Shown piece after piece: positions 26,200 to 39,478 of a stretch of DNA of 64,000 nt. The stretch lies in contig MU054187.1 of the NCBI GenBank assembly GCA_013239625.1, positions 23,188,795-23,252,794 on the forward strand, given 5' to 3'. The translations under genes were made by a program, and so were the position numbers. The DNA is from Lama guanicoe (taxonomy: Eukaryota). The notes beneath the pieces were generated by a model, which saw only the letters and a program-made list of their open reading frames with translations, had not been told where the DNA came from and ran no database searches. Positions within the stretch are counted from its first letter, which is position 1. The number at the start of each line of letters is the position of its first letter.

Positions 26200-26650
26200 G
26201 CATAATTGGACCCTCACCTTGCTTTCCAACTTTAACTTTTATCACAGTCCATTTGTTCTCTGTGTTCCAAGGCCTTCTGTCAATTATATAACCATATCAC
26301 TTTCTCTCTGTTCCCCTGGGGCCTGGGCACATGCTAGTCTCTCTTCAAATCTGCCCTTGCAGCTGGTGAACATTTTTCATCTTTCTAACATCAAATTATT
26401 CCTTCAGGGAAACCTCAGATGACTCTTTAACTACGTCAGATTATTTTGCTGTGCGTTCTTCTTATATATCAGAGTTTGCTCACTCTAGCATTAATCACTG
26501 TTGTAAAATTCATGTGATTATATGATTAATGTCTCTCTCTGCTACTAGCCTTTAAGCTCCATAACCATGGACCATGTCTACTTTTATTTGTAATTTCATT
26601 CCCAGCATTGAGGACTATTATTTAACCAATATCTGTCAGTGAATGAATGA
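26200..26650 (+). mobile_element. L2 3' end
   Basis: ctactagcctttaagctccat...ttcccagcatt...gtgaatgaatga terminus. Confidence 0.8.
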
Positions 26651-26689
26651 CTCAGTCCAAGAACAAATGATAAATCTGCAAGATAGGAG

Positions 26690-26810
26690 AATTTTTATTT
26701 TACAAATAAGAAAAATATAACTTAGAGAAGTGCATTATTTCCCCTCAGATCTTATAATTAGTAATGACACATTTGACTCCAGGTGTATCTGATTCCAAAT
26801 GTACACCTTC
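26690..26810 (-). mobile_element. MIR fragment
   Basis: attttacaaataagaaaa...cttagagaagt...atttgactccaggtgtatctgattccaaa. Confidence 0.75.
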
Positions 26811-28029
26811 CCACACAAAAACAGGTAAGTAGTAATGGCTACCATAAAAATGCATGCTGGACAGAGTGAACATGGGCTCAGTTTTTTAGACTCCTCAGAA
26901 AAGACATCTCAGCTTTTCTTTATATATATAGATACCATTACTTAGAGGACTGACACAAGAATCCATAAAAACTCAACAAAGTGAAAATTACCAAGACATT
27001 GCCAACTTTGGAATTCAAAGAATAAGACAAATACAAAAATAATTTAAATTTTTTTTTTTTTGCAAACAAAATTCTCTTTACTACATTGAGGATAGTTTAA
27101 AGGATAGTTCAGTTCTTCCTCATGACTCCTGAATAAACTTTTAGGAACTATTAATTGATTGATTGATGAAAACTAGTTTTCTCACTGATCAATGTAAATT
27201 CTTTGACAGATTACTGAATTGAATTACTTAGCAGAATAGTTCTGTTTCATATCTGGCCAGCCATCTTTTCTCCTGGGCATTCTTTTAGCTCTCTGTTGTC
27301 ATAATAATCTAATTTAAATTAATTTTTATGTGCTCAGTGCCTTCTACATTTCTGACTTATTGTAGTTCTCTACTTTTTTTTTTAATTCCCATAGTTTGTA
27401 ACCACAGAACATGAAAAAATTATTCAGTCAAATTTTCACTTGTCACCATAAAGGCAGAAAAAGATGGAAGCCTTGGACACTTATTTTTTCCCTACTGAAT
27501 TTAGTGTGTTTTTGGTAGTATTTTGTGTATTTGTATTTGAAGGCTCATCCTCTTCATTTGCAGATGGCCCACTTTATGTTAAACTCTTTTCTCAGATAAA
27601 CTTACTCTTCTTGGTGTCTTTTCCTCAAAGCCTAAATACAACGTTCCACGTATCTAACAAATCCCTTTTTATCCTGAAACTGTGACTTACATTATTCAGA
27701 GCCCTGCCACTAAAATACCACTTCCTTCACATTATTTCTGGCAGTTAGAAAGTTGAAATATTTTCCACCACAACTATACCACCAAAGATGGTAAGAAACT
27801 TGAAATACTTCAAAATATATCAATGCACCTAATATACTGTAACTGTTGATTGTTTTCAGGGAGTTATTTTTTCAGTAAAACTTGATAAATTAAGGACAGA
27901 CTTATACTCTGTGTATCTCCTCTGAGACTACGAATGCCTTTGAAATATTGAGCTAAGCAGAATATAATTAGAAAGGCAGACTTCTCTTCAAAGACCCCAA
28001 AGATGTTTCAACTTCAAATATTATAAGGC

Positions 28030-28470
28030 ATCTCTGACTGGTTTCTTAATGTCTACCTCTGTTAATCTTCACATCCAACGAGAGCACTCTTTTTGAAACA
28101 CAAATCTAAACTTCTCCTGGTCCCTGCATTCTTCCCGTATTCAAAACATTTGAATAATTTATAATTGCTCTTAGGCAAAGCCCAACATGCTTAATATCTC
28201 ACACCATGCACTCCCACGTGCTCTCTGGGGTCCGTCACACGGTCCTTTTTCAGTTACTGAATACTTGTTACTTCTTACAGTAAAGCCTTTACATATGATG
28301 TGTCCTTTTCTTTGAAAGTTTCCGCTTCATCACCACCATTTATGCAAGACCATCTTTTCTTCTTTCAGATTAATTTGATGATGATTTTTGTTAATCTACT
28401 TAGGCATGCACATCCAGTTTTTGAGCCCTTAGCACATTGTCTTGCTATTTGCTATCTCTACCAACTACAT
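28030..28470 (+). mobile_element. L2 fragment
   Basis: tttgaaacacaaatct...attgctcttaggcaaagcccaac...aagcctttacatatgatgtgtccttttc. Confidence 0.7.
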
Positions 28471-28702
28471 CTTTTTTCTTACTTGTTAGTCATAATGGGA
28501 AACTGGTGGAGAATATCTCTTTTGTCAGCAAGATTCATTTCCTGATTGGTGTCCAAGTAAAAGTGGGTGCCTAGTACCCAGCTACACAATAATTTTGCCC
28601 TCTAGCAGTTGTATAGTTAAGGGGATTACTGTTTCCCACAACACCCATTTTCACGTGTGCTACAGAAGACAGTCTTTTAGTGCTACTTGTGCTGTTACCC
28701 TG

Positions 28703-29214
28703 AGTCAAGAACTATATAGTCAAAAACAATAAAAGCTTTATTATTTTACTCTATTTGAAGGTGAGTAAGTTATCCTGCCACTAGGTTATGAGTGTTTACA
28801 GAATACACAAGGGTCTTGGGCCGGAGACAAAGGACAGAGCACAGATAGCATTAGAAGTAGCAAGATCATCAGTATCTTCTTATGCTTGGCCCTCAAGCCA
28901 CTATTCCCACAGGGTCACATACGGAAGGCAATGTAACACAGGTCACAGGTAAGAAACCCTGACCTCAAGGAAACTAAATATTTTATAACAAGCCTGTTGT
29001 TCTTTAGTGCAGAACTAGACCATCTCAGCCTTCTAGGGCTCTGTAAGCAAACCAGCCCTTTGCTCCAGACAGAATCATTATCTGTCTTCTAAGGTTGTTC
29101 ACTATACAAATATCTTTAGAAAAAGTCAGGAATACTAGCTGCCAGTGCCCCTACACACAACATGAGCAGAAATGTAAAAGATCTGTGTGGAAAAAAAATC
29201 CAGATCTCCCAACA
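28703..29214 (-). mobile_element. ERVL LTR, MER74-like
   Basis: The minus strand begins TGTTGGGAGA. Contains gccctttgctccaga, aaggttgttcactatacaaa, and the end motif gtcaagaact...aagttatcctgccac...gagacaaaggac. Confidence 0.8.
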
Positions 29215-30245
29215 ATATGCATTCTTCCTTTTTATGCCATCTTTCATACTATCTTGGCTTCTGTTGAATTTTCCTGCTCCATCAGCCACTTTGATTAATA
29301 TGAGTGATAAAATAACATGATTAATATAAGACCAGATTGTATAATTTTTATTAGACTTCATTTAATGAAAAATTCTGTCAATAGGACACCAAGCAACTGA
29401 ATGAGGGCAACGTTCACTCTTGACACCAAACATGATCCTCAGATCCCAAACTCAGACAGTTGAACAAATTCCATAAACTATCAGGGTCTATATTAAATAT
29501 CCAGATGGCTCTTTCCTTACATTCTTATACTGACCTTTTCATTTTCCCTGAGGCATTAATCCAAGAACAGAAGTATATATTAGCAATTACTCTGACTTTG
29601 CCTTGGCACACAAGAATGCCTAGGGCAATTCTAGCCTCCATAAAATATCCTAGGACAGTGAGTTGATACTGATGTGAACATTCTGGGGGGACAAAGTCAT
29701 GTCACTTCAGCTAAAGTCAGAGATAAATTTTATACTATTTTTTCTAATTGGATGACTCCCATCATAGAGATGATTGGCTCTGTATAGGTGTCTGGTCAAT
29801 TTTATGCCTCTGGAGGCTCCCCTGGATGATCAAGGGTAGTCTCATTTGGAGACACCTCTGTAGTCATCTGAGAGTTACGTAGCCTACTGGTATTTTTTTA
29901 ATAGTTGAAAGTCTCTTACAATCTCTGCTAAACTATACATTACCATAATGTGGGGAGAAAAGGAAGTTAACGACAAGAAGTGTAGTACTGGGGTTGTACA
30001 CGGTGTAATTGGAAAAAGAGGGGCATTTATAGTTATTGAGATCCCAGGTGGGACTTACATCAACAGAGGGTCTAGGTTGACAGTGCCTTTGCTGTGGCCC
30101 CCCAGTAAGCTGGCAGATTTCAGAGTTCTCATTTCAGTTTGAATCATTACTGCTAAACCTTGAAGATAGTTTAAGTTGACTCACTTAAAATAGGAATATT
30201 ATACCAGAGAGTCGCAAAGCCTCCATGGAGCAGACGTTCAGTTTT

Positions 30246-30939
30246 GACAAGAGCCTGGGAGCGCGTTTCATAGCGACCCTCCCTTTTAGAGTGTACACAT
30301 CCAATAACTGCATCAAGGAGGCAACGGGTATGAACTCCTAACAGGTTTCTCTAGGTGGAAGTTACCTTCCTTTACCAAAGGCAAAATCTGAAAAATCATC
30401 AGTCAAAGAGAGTCTGATGTCAAAATGTTCATTATGGTTGTGGGGCTTTAAAGTTGGAGATCATGCCAGGGCTTGCTCATCTCTTTCAATGCAACCTATT
30501 TATGTGGACCTCAGCCAACAGATACTAACTTATGAGTTAGCCAATATAAAGTACCAAGTGGAGTCCCTAGGTGTGGCGCATTCTATCTTCAATATGCATC
30601 ATAGCAAATAAGGTGCTGGTCTTCCCTTTTTTACGGTGATGCTAATGGGCGAAGGAGGAGCTATCAGTCTTTCCTTACTGCCAGAGGTATTGAGTGCTGT
30701 GAATCTGCACCTTGTCTGTGTGTGTGCCTGCCTCCTGCTCCAGAAAGAGACACCATCTTTACATACCCAGGCTGTGAGCAAATCTGCCCTTTGCTCTAGA
30801 AAGAGATACTGTTTATATCTTCCCAGGTTGTTTGCTGCACAAACAGCCTTGGAAGAAAGCCTGGTATAAAGGAAGTCAGTGCCTTTGCTTGGAAGACATA
30901 CAGAAACATAAGAGATCCATGGAGAAATATCTCTCGACA
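30246..30939 (-). mobile_element. Second ERVL LTR of the MER74/MER54-like group
   Basis: The minus strand begins TGTCGAGAGATATTTCTCCATGGATCTCT. 30771-30939 aligns by eye with 29040-29214. The left boundary is uncertain. Confidence 0.75.
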
Positions 30940-33029
30940 GAAGAATATTAGAGAAGATAGATGACTAGCAGGGTTTAAGTCAGATTCACTGAAGTAGCAG
31001 CCTACCACTGCTGCTACCAGTGATCGTGACACAATTACGGTTTAGGATTTTTTCTCTAGTGTTTGTTCCATTGTTAAATTGTCTATTTAGAGTAAAAGTT
31101 TACTTATTGGTTACTTCACTCAAACATGTATATTGTTCATTGACTACCAGTGAATTGACAAACATAGCTATAAAAGTACTAATTTTAAAAATTGCTTTTT
31201 TATATTAGTTACTTTGTTGATGGAGGCAGCTTAATGAATTAGAAAGGATGCAGATTTTACAACTTAAAGTTCAAGCCAAATCTTTACAAATCAGAAATAC
31301 TTGGGAATATTATACAAATGACTTCCTTACCTAAAGAAGAAAAAAAACAACACTGCCTTACCAGCTATGTAATTTGTTGTGATTGACAAGGATACTAAAA
31401 TAGTGTATGTAACAGATCTAGCAGAAGCCTAGAGTCCAAGAACACATTCATTTCTTCTCCTTTCTCTACTGATGTCATGATAACTGCTTCATTCATCTTC
31501 ATAAATAGAGTAACATTTTGCTTCTTCCAAGTAGTTCCCCCAGAAGCTGGTGTGTGCTCCTGGAGGTTCACTATCTCCTCAGGAGTTATGGGCCTCAAAA
31601 TATCTCCTAGAACAAGAATGAAACCACTCAGAATAGGTACTTATAAACTCTACTATCAAAGGAAAGGAAGGGTCTTTCCTGGAGCCGAACTTGAGTTTGA
31701 CTTCAAGAACAAATAGTTACAATGCATCGTGATGTCATACGTTTTTACAAATTTTCATAAATCACTTCTCATACTCTATATCCACAGAAATCCTTTGAGA
31801 CTGTGCTATAAGAGAGACAGTAGATTTGAAGTAGAAAACTTGGTTAGCTTCCTGAGAGGGACCATTATTAAGTGTCACTAGGTTTATTTTTCATGGAAAA
31901 CATATTCAACTTTCAAATTTATTAGTATGCAAATAACTAAAACGCTGTACATCTCTGAAAGTTTCTGAGTTGATTCCTGTCTATTAACTGTAAAGAAACA
32001 AACCACTCAAAAATACGAATGACACTACTAATTCTTAAATCTGGTTTTTGAAGTTAGGAATATTAGTTTATTTTCTGGATCTGCTAAAGTAATTCAGTAT
32101 CTAGATAGCTGTACCAAAGAAGAAATGAAGTATCACCTTCTTTTGAGATATATGCCTGGTTAAAAAATGTAGCATTCTTAAGTATCTTAAACGACACGTC
32201 TCTTTGAGAGACCCTTCTGCAAAGTAGCCAAGGAGGCCCACTTTGTTGGTTGATAGGATGTAATGAAAACAGCTGGTCTACAGGAACACGGTGTATGTGA
32301 GAACCAAATTAAAGAATTAATTCAATATGTAATAGCCAAAGTATCATTTTATATCTGTTTTAGATATACTTTTTGTATATTCATTTCTATTATAGTTCCG
32401 TAAGATACTTACTAATTTAGTCAGATTTTAAAATTGCTTTCTTGCTTAAATGGTCTAGTGAATTTATTAAAATTATTCCAACAACAAGTTTAAGGCTATT
32501 TTATTTTTCCCTGAACTGATGCATTGATTTGTCTTCATGCAAATCTCAATCCAAAAATATTTCGGCTGAATCAGCGTCGCCACTTCCTGCAGCTAGCCAC
32601 AAAGTTAATTTCAGCAGAGGTCTGAGATTAGGCAAGATAATGAAATGGACTGACATTCTGGCCCAGACCTTAATTTGTAGTCTTGTTGAAAATTAAGGTT
32701 GGCTTTGCCTTTGGCCCTGAGACCAGAGAAACATTTCATGCTAGACCTGTCATTAGGTCAACCAAAAGAATGTAGCTAAATTGCAACTATATTTGTCATT
32801 GGAATCATTCATTTTCTTCCCTTCTTCTTACTGTTCCTGCGTTGACACATAGGTCGTTTAGAGTTTCCTTGTTCATGTGTCAAGTCCATAATAGGGTATA
32901 AGTAGAGTGTACCTCTCCAGGCTGCCTCTGTGCTAGAACTTTTACTTTTCACTAAAATGTTTGTCCAAGGAAAATCATCTCAAATATATATATACATATA
33001 CATATTTGCTTTTCAACCCACAGAATTTG

Positions 33030-33405
33030 TCAATAAGCAGATGTTGAGACAGTCTGGAGTGCCATATGTGGGATTAGTACTTGAAAGAAGAAAGACAAGG
33101 AAGTAGGATTAGGCAGTAAAAGAAGTTGAACTGAAATGAAGGCTGGACCACCTCAGCCAACCCACCAGGAAGGTTGGGAGCAAATACTGCCCATCAGCGC
33201 TGTGCTATATTGGGCCTCAATGACCAGAGCTTTACACCCCTACCTTGTCCCGTCATCACCACATGCAGGTTCCCCTAGGAGCTGTGGGCTTGTACCCAGC
33301 AGCTCCCAGAGTTGTTAAGTGGAGGCAGTGTGCTGACTGCCTTCTCCACTGCTGTGCGGAAATCTTTCTTTGAATGGGGTCTAGAGAGAGCATCTCTGTG
33401 TCATT
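33030..33405 (-). mobile_element. ERVL LTR16-like solo LTR
   Basis: aagcagatgttgagac...aaggaagtaggattaggcag...gaagttgaactg...cctcagccaaccca. Confidence 0.8.
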
Positions 33406-34599
33406 CTGGCTCATACGATCAACACTGAAGTCCTGAGTGCTAATGGCTTAACTCAACACTTTCTCAAATGTATTACTTGGCATAGATGTTGAGGTGTTCT
33501 AGAGAAAAAAAGTGTTTTGTGCTCATGTAATTCTGTGAAATGTTTTATCACAGAAAGTAAAAGAGGTTCTTTTACTGCAGAATTTATCATCCTTATTAAT
33601 ATTAATACATTACCTAGTACATAATGAGACATCAAGAGAGCACTCATAGAATGAGTATCTCCCAATATATTCATATACTTTAATTCTCTTCCAATAATGT
33701 ATTTAACATCTTTTAGAATGCTCATGACCCACACAGCACAGGTTAGCAAATTGTCTTATTATGGAAAACAACATTCTCAAAATACAGAAGTTGCATTTCT
33801 CAGGAGACTTGAAAATAGGAAGTCTTGACACAAGAGATTGACTCAAATGCTGTGAAGTAAGTGCCGTGAAGATAAGCACTGAAAACGGTTCTTAAGGACA
33901 CAGCCTCTTCAAAGCCTTCAGAAGAAGTGTTCTGTCCACTCTCCTATGTTTACAGCACAAAGAACAGGGATGGAATGAGATTCTTGCTCAAGGGAAACGG
34001 AGTAATGAGAACACATCAGGAAAATCTAATCCAAGTCCTTTATGCTTTAACACTTTTCTCTTAAGGGACTCAGTCATCAGATTGGAAAGCTTAGGACAAA
34101 TGCTGTACGCAGAAATCTGGAATACCTCTACAGGTAAGGATGGACTAACATTACTAATTACTTTTATAAACATTAAAGTTCTGAGGAATCAAGACTCTTA
34201 GGGAAGGCTAAATTTTTAAGAAGACAAAGGGCTGATTTTGGAAACCACAAACTTATAAACAAAACTGAATTCCTAAGAAAAATCTGCAATATCACATTAA
34301 ATAACCAGTTGGTAAATATTTGGCAAACTCTTAAAAATAATGAAATTTTCCCACAAATTAATCCTGCCACAAGAACATAATTCTATTTTTTAAATTGTTA
34401 GTTAATTGGCAAATCAATATAATGTCGTAAGTATTGCTAAATTTTCCTGAACATAATAAGCTATAGTAGATAATTTATGATTGTCTTGTAGGCTAGATGA
34501 TAAAATATGGGCTGATATTAGTATTATTCTGTAAGTCCCTCTCTGATTGAACAGGTTCCTTAAAAACTGATTAATTTGCTGATGCTTCGTTGGAGAAAA

Positions 34600-35230
34600 T
34601 ATATTGACATGCCACTGAGCTCTATCTTTGATCTTATTTTTTACAAAATTTATCCCAATCTACTTGGCATTTTTATCAGTAAATTTGATGAAGATATTGA
34701 TAGCATGCTTATCAAATTCTCAAGCAATGAAAAATTAGAAGATTGATCTTATGTACTGGCATTCAAAATCCAAATTAGAGATAAGAACTATAGCTAAATA
34801 TACAGCCTCAAACTGAGATCAATTTAACAGGAATATATAATAATCCTTTGCTCAAGTGTATTCTGAATATGACCAGAATTTGATCAAGTTCATAGGAAAA
34901 ATATTTGTAACATTTAGTAGATTACAATCAATATTTTTCAACCCTGCAATGATCCTGTATAAAAAACTCACATAATTATTACATGGAAATAATAAAATTG
35001 GTCTCTTCAGAGATTAAATTAGACATATTCTACTTTGCCTTGGATATCCCACATCCATAATATGTTTAGTTCTGTCTGTGACATTTTAATAAAAGGTTGA
35101 CAAACTATAAGCCTTTGAGGCACAGAAAACAAGATGCAATTATACTACATCAACAATGCTTGAAGGAACTGTTGATTTTAGCTTAGAGAAGACCAAACTA
35201 AAGGATTAAGGTAGACATTGGATGTGCTGT
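34600..35230 (+). mobile_element. CR1/L3 LINE fragment (RT region)
   Basis: tttatcagtaaatttgatgaagatattgatagcatgcttatcaaatt (..DEDIDSMLIKF) and ttgaaggaactgttgattttagcttagagaagac. Confidence 0.75.
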
Positions 35231-35301
35231 CACCACAAGAGAGAATATAAGCTCATAATGTGATGCTCCACTGTAAAAGCTGAAGTGTTTTTTGTATGTT
35301 T

Positions 35302-36090
35302 GCACATTAATTTTCTAGGACTACTGTAATAACTTTTCACAAACTTAGTACCTTGACACAGTAGAAAAATATTTTCTCACAGTTCTGGAGGCTAGAAGTC
35401 CAATATCAAGGTTTGAACAAAGCTTTGCTCATTCTGGAGTCTCTAGGGAAGAATGCTTCCTTGCCTCTTAGCTTTTGGTGGTTGTCAGCAATCCTCAGTG
35501 TCCCTTGGCTGCAACTGCCTCAGTCCCATCTCTGTCTCCATCATCACATTGCATCCTCCTCTCCTGTGTCTTCACATGGCCTTTTAAAAAGGACAGTCAA
35601 CATCTTAACTAATTACACATGCCTATTTCCAATAATGTCACATTCCGAAGTTTCAGGTAGATGTATATTTGAGGGGATACTATTCAACCAAGTATAGTCT
35701 GTCCTCTGCTGTCTCAAATCATATCTGTCCCACCTGCCAAATACACTCACTCTCTTCCAATATCCCCCCGAATTTCACCCATTTTATCAACTCAAAAAGT
35801 TTCATATCTCACCATCAAAATCACCTGCATCAGCTGTGGATGAGATTCTGGGTATGATCCACCTTGGAGCAAAATTCCTCTTTATCTCTTGACCTGTGAA
35901 ACTAGAAATCAAGTTATTTGCTCCAAAGTACAATGAATGGTGAGACAGGCAAGGATAGACATTCCCAGAGGGAAAAGGAAAGAATGGGGCTATATCATTC
36001 CAGTCTCTGCCTTAGGTGATCCCATGGCTGTCTTTTCTTGTGTTTTCACATGTCCTTCACACAAATATACTAGTCGTTGGATTCTAGACT
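35302..36090 (-). mobile_element. MLT1 LTR + MLT-int 3' end + second LTR fragment
   Basis: LTR at about 35302-35696 (tctcacagttctggaggctagaagtccaa). Internal sequence at about 35697-35990 (gggtatgatccaccttggagcaaaattcctc...gacattccc). LTR-like piece at about 35995-36090. Confidence 0.8.
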
Positions 36091-37174
36091 CTTCTTTAGT
36101 GAAAGAATTGACAATTTCAAAAAATAAAGAGATGAAAAACTAAAATTTTCACAGTCCCTTTTTATACATATTTTTTAATGCAGTGATCTCAGATCTTTTT
36201 TTAAAAAAAAACCCTTGGTCAACCCATGCTTCTAGAATTTTTGACCACAAACACATCTTGTAGTTTTCATTCCAAGGTGACTTTCACCCTGTGTGTGATG
36301 AGCACGTGCACTACTGACATTTGAATCCTGCCCTTCTGAGGGGCAAGGGTTAGGCTAAAGATGAGCAGTGATTTCCGAAGAAATTGAAGTCATTGACAGA
36401 AAAATGCTCCTGACACAGTGGATGTTAAGGATTTAGTTCTCAAAGATGCTGTCTCACTTTCATCAAGACTATGTGGAAAACGTGGAAAAATGATGGCAGG
36501 AACTCGGACAGTGTATATGGTTCTGGTTCATACATTATCCACCCCGTTAGCTGTGTTTGTGCATGAAAATCATTGCAAGGAACCAACTGAGAGTTAGAAA
36601 AGAATTTTGCCTAGAAAAGTTGGATATTTCTGGGGGGAAAGTTCATGGGTAGAAAGATAAGAGGAATAGTAATGAGTGATGAATATCTTCCACTCAAGAT
36701 TTATTTTTATAAAGATCTCAAGTTGCATAAAAACAAAAATTAAAGAGGCATGCTATGTAGGGAATGTTACATGAACCAAATTCATTAGTCCTTAAATTTA
36801 GCACATTTATTTAAGAAAGGATCCAAAACTCAAATAGCTCATTTTGTTTATGGATTATCTGGATTAAGCATATCAATATTCTATTTAACTTAGACATTAA
36901 AATATACTCCTTTTGTACTAATCTGAGAAATATTTAGCTTCCAGGTGAGTGTAAATGCTGAAGTCTTTAAAATGTGTTCCACAAATGTCCCATTAACTAA
37001 CAGAGAATACTTTATTTAGGAAAAAGAAGGCTAAAGATGCACATAAAACCTATCATTTAACATCTGAAAGATAAACATGAAAAAAATGGTGTAAATATAC
37101 TAATTATGGCTTAACTGAGAAAAAAGCAGAAGCTCTACAAATTTGGGGATTTTTTTCAGTTTTTTTTTTTCTCC

Positions 37175-37250
37175 TGATGTATCCTTAGGACCTAAACAGT
37201 GATAGACATATGATACTCACTCAATAAATATTTGTCTGATAAATGAATAA
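37175..37250 (+). mobile_element. L2 terminus
   Basis: cactcaataaatatttgtctgataaatgaata. Confidence 0.7.
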
Positions 37251-37599
37251 AGCAATAAGGTCACATTTCACTTTAATATGATGATTTGTTTTAATAGGCA
37301 CATTCAAAGTTAGAAATAAGCTACCTGTTCTTGAAAGATTTAACTAGCAAAATGGTTGAGCATTTGGCTAACAAATATTTAAATGTTAGACGGGTAGTTC
37401 AACAAAATACACTTGAAGTTAATTTCAAACAATTGTGAAAGTCTGTAATTTTTAAAAAGCCATTCCGCAGAGTTGACTTAGATTATATGACAGGTGTTAC
37501 TGCACAGTGTAGGTGGAGGTCATGAGAAGCTGCTGACTTCTTTGGGTGGAGAACGGATAAGAGGAAAGAAACAGAGAGTCAGTGACCTCTGAGTAAGAT

Positions 37600-37732
37600 G
37601 GCATTGAGTCTAAAAGTTCAGGTAGAAAGAACAGAAGAAAGAGAAGGGGAGAGAGAAAAAAGGAGGGGAGAAGGAACAAGGAAACTGAAAAGAAATAAAA
37701 GGAGGAAGAAAAGAAGGAGGGAGAAAACAAAG
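37600..37732. repeat. Purine-rich (GA) low-complexity tract
   Basis: Read directly from the sequence. Confidence 0.85.
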
Positions 37733-37789
37733 TCTGCAGTCTTGATCCACAGAGATCTATGTTGATTCACATATTCCCAATGTTTTCTG

Positions 37790-37945
37790 AAGCCTACAGA
37801 AAGTTACAAGTCCCCGTTTCCTTACCCTCAGGATGAGGATGATAATGCTAACTACCTCAGAAGGTGGAGTCATTCATCAAATGAGATAATCTATGAAAAA
37901 ATGAGCAGAATCTCAGGTACAGAATAAGTTTTCTGTAAATACTAG
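37790..37945 (+). mobile_element. MIR fragment
   Basis: gtttccttacc...gatgataatgctaactacctcagaagg...aaatgagataatctatgaaaa. Confidence 0.75.
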
Positions 37946-38839
37946 TGTTCAACATCAGCGTTATAATGTGCTTATTTTTAGGAAGTAACTGAATAGGTAC
38001 ATTGTTTCCAGCTTTTATACCATACTAGCAGAAGGCTGAGTGGTTTGTGTGACCATCTTTGAAGACTTCTTGCACTCTGGTTTTGGGAAAGCCTTATCTT
38101 CATGGATTTATGGAATAAATATTTCTTAAATGTTTCATGTTACTGATTTTAATACACTGACCGTCACTGCCGTTCAATATTTCAATAACTTGTTTTGTTG
38201 AACTGACATAAGAATGGCTTTGTAGAAAATATGAACAACACAGGTTGGAGCTTTCGGTCAGAGGCAAATTTTAAGTGGATAATTTCACTTCCTTTTTCCT
38301 TTTAATACGTATTCAGTGGTTTCATTTTCCTTTGTACAAGAGTGTACATTGAGAGATAAGAGAGACTTTCTGTGTTTTGCATCATCCAAGAAAATAAAAA
38401 GTTTTCCCCAAACATTTGAAGGTTGTACAAAATACACATGGGCATTTTATAATTCTTTAAATTAAAAACCCAAGTGTATGCTATAGGAAATTTATTTCAC
38501 ATATGAATGACTCATTTGTACTCAAATCATCATTTGATAAAGCTTCCAGATAGTAAATATTTTCTATAATTTTATGGTGACTTAAAAAAATATGTTGTAT
38601 TTCTGCTACTCAGATATTAATCTGAACCCTCAAGGCTCAATTTCAGATTTGAATTTCAAGTCTCAAGGTTTGATATCAGCTTTGCAAACTTCCTCCCTCA
38701 GTGTCTATCTACATAAAACATTTATACTACCTGGTATCAGAGCAAATCCCATACAAAGCAAGATTATGGTTCTCAAGTCGTCAAAAAATGTACTTTCAAC
38801 ACAGGCTGCTTAAGATTCTAGCCTATTATCTCTTACTAG

Positions 38840-39192
38840 AAGCCATGGTATTCCTTTCTTTTTCTTTTTTCACCATGACTCAGTTATAAACCATTTCATA
38901 GTCTATCACTGTCTCTCACACACACACACACACACACTCACACACACACACACACACACAAATAACCAAAACAAAATTATAATGAAACAATAAATTTACA
39001 TAGGCAAGTGTGCCTTGATATATTTTCTTTTCTATTTTTATTTTCTCCTGTCTATTTTATTTGACTCCATTCTATTTTATTTAAAATAAAATACTTACTG
39101 ATACTTACCAAATTGGATTTATGACTTACTTGTGATTTAAACTGGCAATGGAACGCAAAACCGACACCAAACAATTGTTCAAAAATGACTGC
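38840..39192. mobile_element. hAT-Charlie-type MITE containing a (CA)n tract
   Basis: catgactcag...cacaca...aaattggatttatgacttact...ttcaaaaatgactg terminal motif. Confidence 0.45.
38917..38960. repeat. (CA)n microsatellite, one interruption
   Basis: Read directly from the sequence. Confidence 0.95.
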
Positions 39193-39478
39193 TAAGTAGC
39201 AGCCAATCAGTCCACCCCAGGCAGATAAACGGTGTCCAGAAAGAGGAAATTCTCAATCTTATAATACGGAGCAACAGAATATCAGAATGCCTGTTGTTAG
39301 AGCCACTGGGGCAGATTTCTCTCCTAGAGACCAGACTCCTTTAGTCTGATATGAGTAGGTCTTCCACTTTTAAGCAGGTGACAATTTTGACTTATTCCTG
39401 CTACCTAGAGTCCCATCCAGTTTAGCTTTTGTTCCATATTTTTCATCTTAAGGAAGTATTATAATTAATACACCATAG

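Noticed and set aside
26749..26830. Plus-strand donor CAG|GTAAGT after an antisense MIR
   Set aside because: Isolated, with a weak acceptor and no partner exons. Compatible with chance.
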